A stretch of DNA of 64,000 nt, taken from Desulfurococcaceae archaeon. Its GTDB lineage: Archaea > Thermoproteota > Thermoprotei_A > Sulfolobales > Desulfurococcaceae. The translations under genes were made by a program, and so were the position numbers. How positions within the stretch are numbered: position 1 is the stretch's first letter; every line of letters begins with the position of its first letter. Below are positions 55,982 to 64,000 of the stretch, piece after piece. The stretch covers positions 256,001-320,000 of the forward strand of contig JAWAJB010000001.1 in NCBI GenBank assembly GCA_038888155.1, read 5' to 3'. The notes beneath the pieces were generated by a model. It was given only the letters and a program-made list of their open reading frames with translations, made no database searches and was not told the origin of the DNA.

Positions 55982-58900
55982 ATGAGCAGGGTCTCTACGG
56001 GTAGCGTTCTCTCGAGTAAAGGTTACAGCTACCTCAGCTACGTAGAGCCAGGGTCTGATCCCCGCACAACAAGCGCGCTCTTTAAGGACGTAGTGCCAGA
56101 GCTATCTCTTCTCGATATTGGCGGGCAGAGGCTATATGCTCATCAGCATGTAGCTTACTCGAAGCTCAGAGAGGGCCTAAACGTAGTCCTAAGGGCGGGT
56201 ACAGGTAGCGGAAAGACAGAGGCCTGGACGCTCTACTTCCTCGAGCAGGTGAAGAGCTCTAGGGATTACTACGCTATTGCGCTCTACCCCACGCTGGCTC
56301 TAGCTAATGATCAAATCAAGAGGCTAGAAAAATACTTGGGCGCAGTCAACAAGAAGCTGCTCCAACTGGATAGCGTAAAGAAAGAAGAGCTCTCGAAGAG
56401 ATCAAGGCTGAGCGAGTTGAAAAATACAGTGGCTTTATCTAACCTCGTTGTAACTAACCCAGCGTTTTTGCTCCACGACTTAAAGAAATACTTCACTAGA
56501 AAGGAGTCCTCTCTCTTATCCCCTCTCTACAGCAAGCTTAACCTGCTAGTAATCGACGAGCTGGACTTCTACGGTCCCCGCAGCTTGGCACTATTACTAG
56601 CCATGATATCGCTCCTCTCTAGAGTGAGCGAGAGGAATGTACAGGTGGCTATTCTATCTGCAGGCATTGCCAACCCAGAGGAGCTCTGCTCCTTCCTCGA
56701 AGAAAATACGAGCCGCAAGTGCGTCAGCGTCGAGGGGGAGCCTTTTCGCGTGGTGAACTACGGGTATATTGTTCTGGGTAAAAACATAGAAGCCCTGTGG
56801 AAAAACATTAGAGAGGAGTGGCCCAGCATTTTAAGCAAGAACCCAGAGCTCAAGGGCCTCTCGGATGCTGTAAACAACTTCGAAGAGTTCAAGGGGAGGG
56901 CCTACCAAGTAGTATCAGTTATTGAGAGCTTAGGCTACACTGCTCCAAGCCTCAGCGTAGACATCTCCGAACTAGTGCCCGAGTACTTCAAGGACAGCTA
57001 CGTTACCCTAGTGTTCACTAGGAGCATTAGCGCAGCTGAAGAGCTCGTGAGAAGCGTAAAATCTAAGCTCGGCGAGGGCGCCCCAATTGCAGCTCACCAC
57101 CACTTAGTTTCAAAGAAGCAGAGAGAGGAAATTGAGGATAAGGTCAGGAGGGGAGAAGTAAAAGTCGTTGTATCTCCGCGAACTCTTTCACAGGGAATTG
57201 ACATAGGGCTTGTAGCCAGAATAGTCCACCTCGGGCTACCAGACGACGTTAGGGAGTACTACCAGAGAGAGGGGAGGAAGGGGCGGAGAAAGGAGGTTGA
57301 GTTCTCGGAGACAGTTATAATACCTCACTCGAGGTGGGACAGAGAGCTGTTGAGCAATGGAGTAGATGCGTTTAAGTCTTGGCTAAACTTAGGCCTAGAG
57401 AGAACGCTTGTGAACTCGGGCAACTTGTACATATACTTGCTAACGGGCCTCATTAAGTTGATATCTCCTTGGTTTAAACAGGACTTAAGCGCTAGGGAGA
57501 GAGAGGCGCTAGAGAGAGCAGGCGCAATTACAGCTGAGGGGCATTTAAGCGAGGACAGGCTCAGGGAGATATTCGATAAAATCAACTTCTACGAGTACGC
57601 CCCGCCGTACGGGATTAAGAGATACATTGAGAGAGAGGGGAAGCTTCAACCGCTAGAGCCTATAGGGCACTGCGACTTAGTTGAGAAGTTTCAGCCAGGG
57701 TGCATAGACTACGGAGAGGAAGCCCTCGTAGTAGCGCTAGAGCAGGGCAAAACCTCGAGGCTGATTAAGAGCGTAGTAGAGAAGAGGATCCGCGAAATAG
57801 ATTTCAAATCCTACGACGGGCTCGCAGAGGCTCTCGAAGAGTACAGGTACTCTAAGTTAAAGTGGAACGAGTCTCCCCACATAATAAAGGACCTCCTCGC
57901 CGGGAGAGTAACTAGCGAAATGATGTGCATAGTGTACACTCCTAGAAACGGCTTCGGAAGGTACACTAAAGTACCTGAGAGGTGCATTTGGGTAGTGCGC
58001 TCTGAGAGGCCGAAGTACGTGCTCGCCCGCGGAAAGCCGCTTGTGTACTACGACAAGAGGGCAATATACGTGCCAATGCCAATTGGAGGAGAGTACAGGG
58101 ACTTCACCTACGGTTTTACGTACTCAATTGACACACGCGAAAACGCCGACCTAGTCAGGCTTGGGCTGGCCCTCATTATGGTTGCAGTGAGGAGGTTTCT
58201 AGGCATACCCTTTGAGACAATTATGTACGATGTAGCTAAAATTGGCGAGTACAAGTACTTCTCACTGCACGAGCCTGAATCTGCTGGAATTATAGAGAAA
58301 ATAGATTGGCTAGGCCTCAGAGGGATAGTGGGGTCTTACTCACCCGATGATCTTGACCGCGTGCTGATATCCCAAATAGATGACATAGCCTACTCGACAT
58401 TAGTGACAATAGACTTCAACTGGGATATAGTCAAGGAGACCGCAATAAGAGTTATCGATTACATACTCGCGAGAGATAAAATCAAAGCTGTAGTTAAGGG
58501 CGTAGAAGTCGCCATACCCAGGCCCAGCCCCGCCTTAAAGATAATTTCCCTCGCTACTGTAAGCGAGGTACTAGAGAGCGAGTCCCTTATGCCATCGCTG
58601 ATCACTGCCCTAGGCGTTTACGATGGCTCTGAGTTTTGGGGAGAAGTTGATTTATACCCTCCTATACCGTTTATTAAGCCCCCGCAGTCGCTCCTAGACC
58701 TAGAGAGCTTTATCACAGATAAAGTGCTCTACGAAGACTACAAGCTGCTCGTTGAGAGCAGAGAGAGCACGATCTCCCAGCTCAAGCAGTCTAACTTGAG
58801 GAGGCTTGTATCTCTAATAGAGGGCAGTAGAGAGAGCTCAATAGACCTATCGGACATCGCTAAAAACAGAGGGATAGGCAAGTTGAGCGTAGAGGAAGTA

Positions 58901-59107
58901 GCAACTGCCTCTGGGCTCTCGCCCGCAACAATAGGCCACGCAACTATTAGAAGCATCCTAGGGAAAGTAAGGGAGCACAAGAGAATACTCGAGAGGGAAA
59001 AGGGGCTAATTCTGAAGTACATAGAGGAGAAGTGCAGAAGCCTCTACATTGCTTACTTAGTTGTAGATACCTTGTCCAGGCAAGGCAGTATTAAGGGCCT
59101 CGCGTGA
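55982..59107 (+). CDS. SF2 DExD-box helicase (YprA/MrfA/Hrq1-like)
   Basis: LYAHQ Q motif, GTGSGKT, YPTLALANDQ, DELD, QGIDIG, QREGRKGR. Confidence 0.85.
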   Translation: MSRVSTGSVLSSKGYSYLSYVEPGSDPRTTSALFKDVVPELSLLDIGGQRLYAHQHVAYSKLREGLNVVLRAGTGSGKTEAWTLYFLEQVKSSRDYYAIALYPTLALANDQIKRLEKYLGAVNKKLLQLDSVKKEELSKRSRLSELKNTVALSNLVVTNPAFLLHDLKKYFTRKESSLLSPLYSKLNLLVIDELDFYGPRSLALLLAMISLLSRVSERNVQVAILSAGIANPEELCSFLEENTSRKCVSVEGEPFRVVNYGYIVLGKNIEALWKNIREEWPSILSKNPELKGLSDAVNNFEEFKGRAYQVVSVIESLGYTAPSLSVDISELVPEYFKDSYVTLVFTRSISAAEELVRSVKSKLGEGAPIAAHHHLVSKKQREEIEDKVRRGEVKVVVSPRTLSQGIDIGLVARIVHLGLPDDVREYYQREGRKGRRKEVEFSETVIIPHSRWDRELLSNGVDAFKSWLNLGLERTLVNSGNLYIYLLTGLIKLISPWFKQDLSAREREALERAGAITAEGHLSEDRLREIFDKINFYEYAPPYGIKRYIEREGKLQPLEPIGHCDLVEKFQPGCIDYGEEALVVALEQGKTSRLIKSVVEKRIREIDFKSYDGLAEALEEYRYSKLKWNESPHIIKDLLAGRVTSEMMCIVYTPRNGFGRYTKVPERCIWVVRSERPKYVLARGKPLVYYDKRAIYVPMPIGGEYRDFTYGFTYSIDTRENADLVRLGLALIMVAVRRFLGIPFETIMYDVAKIGEYKYFSLHEPESAGIIEKIDWLGLRGIVGSYSPDDLDRVLISQIDDIAYSTLVTIDFNWDIVKETAIRVIDYILARDKIKAVVKGVEVAIPRPSPALKIISLATVSEVLESESLMPSLITALGVYDGSEFWGEVDLYPPIPFIKPPQSLLDLESFITDKVLYEDYKLLVESRESTISQLKQSNLRRLVSLIEGSRESSIDLSDIAKNRGIGKLSVEEVATASGLSPATIGHATIRSILGKVREHKRILEREKGLILKYIEEKCRSLYIAYLVVDTLSRQGSIKGLA

Positions 59108-59157
59108 ATACTTATCGCGGGGATACAAATTTGATCTTTATCGGCCAAGAGGTTTTA

Positions 59158-59493
59158 ATGCTACACAAGCTAGTAGCTCTACTAATGTTTGTCCTCTTAG
59201 TTATGATCTCGCTCCTCGAGATGAAGGGCTTGACTAAGCTCCTTTTATCTATAGTCCTTGCGTCTCTGTTCATCACAAACTACTTAGTTTTGCTCTACAT
59301 CTCCCGCTACGTTGACCTTGCAGTATACCCGCTATTTGTAGTGGAGTCTACTTCCAAGGGGTCAACTTTATACATTGATCTTGGGCAGGTATCAGCGCTG
59401 CTTGCAGCGCTAATTTGGAGGAACAGCATATTAAAACTAGTGGAGCCCGTCAATAGGTATTTAAAGCGCATTGCAGGCAAGATTAAAGGGTAG
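59158..59493 (+). CDS. small membrane protein
   Basis: Hydrophobic ORF; ATG after GAGG. Confidence 0.6.
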   Translation: MLHKLVALLMFVLLVMISLLEMKGLTKLLLSIVLASLFITNYLVLLYISRYVDLAVYPLFVVESTSKGSTLYIDLGQVSALLAALIWRNSILKLVEPVNRYLKRIAGKIKG

Positions 59494-59679
59494 CCTATGC
59501 TTAGAGCTCTATTTTGCAGTAGGTTGCTTTAAGCAGGAAGCGCTCCCTTGGATCTACTTAGACCACACGCAGTAGATAGGGCTTTTGGGGGCTCAGCCAG
59601 CTCCTCTAGCTCGCCTATCAGGTTAGCGCAAAAAATCTTTAAGTTCTAGGGGTCAATATTAATAATCGGGATAGTTTCC

Positions 59680-60906
59680 ATGTTGATACCCTACTCGCCG
59701 TATAAGCAGCTCACATCTCTATCGGCTATTTATTTACCCAAGAAAGTTGTCTTCGAGCTGGGGGGCACCTTTAGGCTTCTAGAAGAGCTGAAGCTCTTGG
59801 GCGTTGACAGGGGATCTGGAGTACTGCTCGTGCTAGATCCGGCTGTCAAACACCTAGACCAAGTAGTTAAGGGAGTCAAGCTACTAGAGGAGGCTGGATA
59901 CCGAGTTGACGCTTACACAGACATTGAGTACGAGCCCACTATAGAGTGCGCCAAGAGGCTAGCTGAGTACGCGTGGAGAGGGGACTACAGAGCTGTTGTA
60001 GGAATTGGCGGGGGCTCAACTATAGACCTTGCCAAAGTAGCCGCTGTGGGGAGGGACAACCCAGGCAAAGACATTGAGTTATTTATAGGCCTAGATAAAG
60101 TGCCCAGGAGGCTAACCCCGCTTATAGCTTTACCTACAACTGCTGGAACAGCAGCAGAAGTGAGCAGGTTCTCAATTTTCACTAAGGGCTACAGCAAGAC
60201 TGGAATACACGGGGTACACGTAATGCCCGACGTAGCAGTTGTAGACCCGGCGCTCACCTACTCGTTGCCGCCTAGAGTAACTGCGGGCACGGGCCTAGAC
60301 GCGTTAAGCCACGCTGTTGAAGGCCTATTATCCTATGATTCTACTCTATTCTCAGATGTAGCGGCCTATTTATCAATTGAGCTGATATTCAAGTACCTGA
60401 GAAGAGCGTACTTTAAGGGCTCTGACGTAGAGGCTAGGTATTTTATGTCCCTAGCCGCTACTACTGCTGGAATTCCCTTAAATGTAGCTAGGGTAATCCT
60501 AGGCCACAGCATATCGCAGGTCGTTGGGCCAACTTACAAGTTACACCACGGGGCGGCTTGCGGCATGGCGCTACCCTATATAATGGATTTCTACTTCCCA
60601 GTTGCCCAAGAAAAGCTCGCAGTAATTGCCAGGGCTGCTGGAGTAGATACTGCGCTGCTGGATGTCCAGGGAGCTGCAGAGGAAGCTGTTAGAGCGACGT
60701 GGGACTTAGTTATGGACCTAGATATACCCCTAAGCCTCAGAGAGGTTGGGGTCTCTAGGGCCGAGCTAGAGGCTCTCGCAGAAAGAACTGTTAAGGAGTG
60801 GCCGAGGCCTAACAGTCCAATAGATTTAACCAAGGAGAGAGTCCTCAAAGTATACCAAGCTATGTACGAAGGCAGCCTAGTGAGGGTCAAGGTCGGCCAG
60901 TCGTGA
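59680..60906 (+). CDS. iron-containing alcohol dehydrogenase
   Basis: GIGGGSTID, PTTAGTAAE, DALSHAVE, GH..HHG. Confidence 0.92.
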   Translation: MLIPYSPYKQLTSLSAIYLPKKVVFELGGTFRLLEELKLLGVDRGSGVLLVLDPAVKHLDQVVKGVKLLEEAGYRVDAYTDIEYEPTIECAKRLAEYAWRGDYRAVVGIGGGSTIDLAKVAAVGRDNPGKDIELFIGLDKVPRRLTPLIALPTTAGTAAEVSRFSIFTKGYSKTGIHGVHVMPDVAVVDPALTYSLPPRVTAGTGLDALSHAVEGLLSYDSTLFSDVAAYLSIELIFKYLRRAYFKGSDVEARYFMSLAATTAGIPLNVARVILGHSISQVVGPTYKLHHGAACGMALPYIMDFYFPVAQEKLAVIARAAGVDTALLDVQGAAEEAVRATWDLVMDLDIPLSLREVGVSRAELEALAERTVKEWPRPNSPIDLTKERVLKVYQAMYEGSLVRVKVGQS

Positions 60907-61101
60907 GCTCGCAAGGACGCGTTATCCCCTAAGGAGAAATTTTTAGCTTACACAGTCACAAAGGGGGAGTAGAGTTTAGAGCTCGAGCCCCAGTAGTTGA
61001 GGGAGTGAGGCAAGCGAGTTGTACCCCCAGTGGAGTTTGAAAAGGCTGAAGGGCGTTCACGCTTCTGCAAGGGCGAGGATATTTTAGGCTGTAGACAACT
61101 G

Positions 61102-61848
61102 ATGATCAGAGGTGATACGCAACTGGCTCGGGAAATTGCAACGCTTATTAGCGGACTCGAGCTACAGGAGTGTATTATCCTGAAAAGGAACAACCTGTTC
61201 ACATTAGAGGCGCTCATGAGAGGTAGTACGAAGATTGTCTATATCAACAACACTGGGAGGCTCGCGGGCGTCCTCGAGAGGGGGAAAAAGGGCTATTGCG
61301 CGAAGAACGCTAGTGGAAGCCTGGCCTTCAGAATTATAGGAGTAGAGGAGGGGGAGTACGCCACGCTCGTGGATACTATGCTGCAGGAGAGGGCCTTCCT
61401 GATTGCCCAGAGGGAGGGACTTATCAAGTGGCTTCTTGACTGCCGCCTCCTCAAGAGGAACTACAGGCTGGACTCCGAGACAATCGATCTAGCGTACGCG
61501 TGTGGCGATCAACTTGTACTCGTTGAGCTTAAAAGCGCTATTATGAAGCTGGCTGGAGGCTACGCCGGTTACCCCGACGCCCCTACGGTAAGAGGCAGGA
61601 GGCAGATCAAGGCACTAGCGGACTACGTTAAGGGCGGCGGTAGGGCAGTATTGGTCTTCATTGCTGGAGTGCCATTCGCTAGCGGATTTAAGCTGTACTG
61701 CCGCGCAGACAGAGAAATTAAGGACGTTATAGACTACGCAGCTCAATCCGGCCTCGAGCTGAGGGCTGTGAACACCTGCTTAGACCCACAGAGTAAGAGC
61801 GTTATTCTGCTAGGGGGCGACCTACCGGTTGAATTGAGTTGTGCTTAA
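61102..61848 (+). CDS. sfsA: DNA/RNA nuclease SfsA
   Basis: INNTGRL, IDL..VELKS, YPDAPTVRGRRQ; start uncertain (61030-61102). Confidence 0.85.
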   Translation: MIRGDTQLAREIATLISGLELQECIILKRNNLFTLEALMRGSTKIVYINNTGRLAGVLERGKKGYCAKNASGSLAFRIIGVEEGEYATLVDTMLQERAFLIAQREGLIKWLLDCRLLKRNYRLDSETIDLAYACGDQLVLVELKSAIMKLAGGYAGYPDAPTVRGRRQIKALADYVKGGGRAVLVFIAGVPFASGFKLYCRADREIKDVIDYAAQSGLELRAVNTCLDPQSKSVILLGGDLPVELSCA

Positions 61849-61889
61849 AATAAGACTTAAAAAACCCCGTGCAAGTTTCTATCTTAGGC

Positions 61890-61991
61890 GCCGCCGTAGT
61901 ATAGCCCGGTCAAGTATGCGGGCCTCTCGAGCCCGTGACACCCTAGGCCCGGTGGGTGCGGGAAACCCGGGTTCAAATCCCGGCGGCGGCA
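61890..61991 (+). tRNA. tRNA-Glu(CTC) with 27-nt intron at non-canonical position 45/46 (61938..61964)
   Basis: GCCGCCG/CGGCGGC acceptor stem, CGGGC-CTCTCGA-GCCCG anticodon arm; removing 61938-61964 restores TGAC-CCGGG-TTCAAAT. Confidence 0.9.
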
Positions 61992-62094
61992 TTAGCTCTT
62001 ACTGAGCTCCTCCAGCTTTTGACCACAACTATAATCTTGAAGGGCTACAACAATTCGCCTTTTCTCAGGGCGAGAGCTCCAAGAGCTCCTCCCG

Positions 62095-62916
62095 CTATAG
62101 AAGACTTACGCCTTTGCCCGGAACGATGTTTAATTTAAATGAAGTTCTCCTGTGATTAGTCATCCTCATTTTCTTTACTATCAAGTACCTCTTGACTTCA
62201 TGTGCAGTCTCTACTTCTTCCATCCATAAGTGAAAAACTCCATCAGCTATGTGCTCTAGCCCAAATCCAAAAGTAGAGCGAGTAGTCATAGCGTACTGCG
62301 AAACAAGGTAGGCAGTTACGTTCTCCCTATGCGTGGCTATTTTCAAGTCGTAGCTGTACTTCCTAGCCATAGCCGGTTTATCGGCCCAAAACGCGCTGAG
62401 GGAGTCTATTATTAATCTCACGTGTTTATATGGCGATCTCGCCTTCTCGTCCTTAAGAACCTCGAGCGCTCTATAAGCTTCGTGTATTGCCGCTATGAGA
62501 GTTTGAATATCTAGCGCTGCGTATCGCCTCCTTTTAGCGCTATCTGCCTGCGCTTGGGATTGTTCGCTCATTTGCCTAGCTATCTTCAGCAGGCCAAATA
62601 TGTCAACTACAACTATATCGGGGGGGCTACCGGCCTCCTGCTTGCTTGAGATGTCGTAGACTCTGCGGGACTCAAAGTCCATGCCAAACATCTTTGCCTG
62701 CCTAACTATATCCCTGAACTCGGCCTCAGTTGTCACGTACACTACAGGGTCACCCATCAGCAGGCCTGCCCAAGCGTAGTGCATGCACATTATTGACTTC
62801 CCCGTTCCCGGCTCACCAGTAATTGCAACCCAGCTACCCTTAGGCACCCCTCCTTCAAGGGCTTCGTCTAATTCTTGAATTCCCGTTGACACCCTAACTA
62901 CGCTTGTGTGCGACAT
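62095..62916 (-). CDS. KaiC/RecA-superfamily ATPase (crenarchaeal KaiC-domain protein)
   Basis: VSTGIQELD..GEPGTGKS, IIDSLS, EHIADG, KMRMTNH. Confidence 0.9.
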   Translation of the reverse strand: MSHTSVVRVSTGIQELDEALEGGVPKGSWVAITGEPGTGKSIMCMHYAWAGLLMGDPVVYVTTEAEFRDIVRQAKMFGMDFESRRVYDISSKQEAGSPPDIVVVDIFGLLKIARQMSEQSQAQADSAKRRRYAALDIQTLIAAIHEAYRALEVLKDEKARSPYKHVRLIIDSLSAFWADKPAMARKYSYDLKIATHRENVTAYLVSQYAMTTRSTFGFGLEHIADGVFHLWMEEVETAHEVKRYLIVKKMRMTNHRRTSFKLNIVPGKGVSLL

Positions 62917-63079
62917 AGCTCCACCACGGTAATAATACTAAAGACTAAAAGATATCTGCCTAGGAATTCCTAGAGCTAAATTTGCCCCTAAAGCTCTGCA
63001 AGGGCATTTTCCGGTTGTAGGGGCAATAAGATAAACTGCATGCGCTGATTTAGGGGGCGCGGCGCTGTATAAGCTTAAA

Positions 63080-63709
63080 TCAATACTGTAGCTCCTTTAA
63101 GTACTGCTCTATGTATAAGGTGTGATCTACTATTCTTTCAATGTGCCTCATCAACAGGGCTTTACACGCAACTTCTCTACTAACTGTTTCGCTCTTCGTA
63201 ATCTCCTTTAAAACACTGCCGTACCTCTCGTCAACCTCGCGGTCTATGTTCAGCAGCACCTCTTCGCTGAGGGGCTTTAGCTTATCTATGTCCCCAACAA
63301 TAGCTTTAACTGCGCTCGCAACTAAGGCAAACGTGCTTTGTAATTCCTGTATTCTGCTTATGCTGCTCTCGGGCATCATTAACATGTCTATCTTGGCTAT
63401 TTCCCTACAATACCTCGATATCCTGTACATATCGTACGTAATGCTTATAATGATTTGAGCCTCCCTGAGCTCTAGCCCGAGCGGCTGCCTTCTAGCTATG
63501 AAAACTAAGACCTCTGTCACTATTTCTTTCCTCAAGTTTTCCAGTATTATCGATATCTCGTTGATTTCGTCCCACGCTTTTTCCCTCTCACTTAAGTTTA
63601 TATCGCTTGAAAATAGCGCGTAGATCTTATCTGTGCTCTCTCCTGTAAGCTTCGCCATTCGGAGTAGGGCGCCCCTAATTCTCTGTAGTCCCTCGGAAGA
63701 CAACTTCAC
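63080..63709 (-). CDS. phoU: phosphate uptake regulator PhoU
   Basis: [25 protein letters not shown]; downstream of pstB. Confidence 0.85.
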   Translation of the reverse strand: MKLSSEGLQRIRGALLRMAKLTGESTDKIYALFSSDINLSEREKAWDEINEISIILENLRKEIVTEVLVFIARRQPLGLELREAQIIISITYDMYRISRYCREIAKIDMLMMPESSISRIQELQSTFALVASAVKAIVGDIDKLKPLSEEVLLNIDREVDERYGSVLKEITKSETVSREVACKALLMRHIERIVDHTLYIEQYLKELQY

Positions 63710-64000
63710 ACTTCACCTCTCAGAAACTTAGATGTAAACTCTGTCCTCGGACTTAAAAAGACTTGAGAGACTGGGCCCTGCTCGATTATCGAGCCGTTGT
63801 ATATCATCGCTACCTGGTCTGCAACTCTTGCTGCCTGGTGGGGGGAGTGAGTCACCATAATTATTGTGATGTCCTCCTTTAAAGCAGTTATTGCCTCCTC
63901 TATTTTTCGCGCGTTCAGCGGGTCTATGTTAGCAGTTGGCTCATCCAACAAGAGGAGCTTTGGCTTCATGGCAAGAGCTCTAGCTAAGCACAGCCTCTGC
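63706..64000 (-). CDS. pstB: phosphate ABC transporter ATP-binding protein (5' truncated by window edge)
   Basis: [40 protein letters not shown]. Confidence 0.88.
   Translation of the reverse strand, partial: QRLCLARALAMKPKLLLLDEPTANIDPLNARKIEEAITALKEDITIIMVTHSPHQAARVADQVAMIYNGSIIEQGPVSQVFLSPRTEFTSKFLRGEV

Overview
Window from a hyperthermophilic crenarchaeon (Thermoprotei; inferred from GGTG-type SD sites, archaeal GAPDH, deoxyhypusine synthase, KaiC-family protein and a BHB tRNA intron). Housekeeping genes (sucCD, ppa, dys, ferritin, subtilase, gap, sfsA, phoU/pstB, tRNA-Leu/Gly/Glu) surround three accessory regions. (1) A compact putative RiPP cluster (7.3-11.1 kb): an unannotated 39-aa CxxxCxxxC precursor, a radical SAM/SPASM maturase, an ABC exporter and a divergent HTH regulator. 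(2) A ~28-kb locus (15.9-43.6 kb) ending at the 3' end of tRNA-Gly. It combines conjugation-type T4SS genes (VirB2/VirB3/VirB4/VirB6/VirD4-like) with an archaeal type IV pilus module and a truncated TFB-like gene. It encloses a plasmid-like core with an SF3 helicase, an AEP primase with a PriX-like domain, a hairpin ori candidate, an HNH nuclease, a two-gene R-M system, an Hfq/Sm-like mini ORF and five copies of an 18-bp palindrome. (3) A decaying, pseudogene-rich island (50-54.7 kb) behind a degenerate tRNA-Ala. All family calls are by-eye motif recognition; no searches were run.
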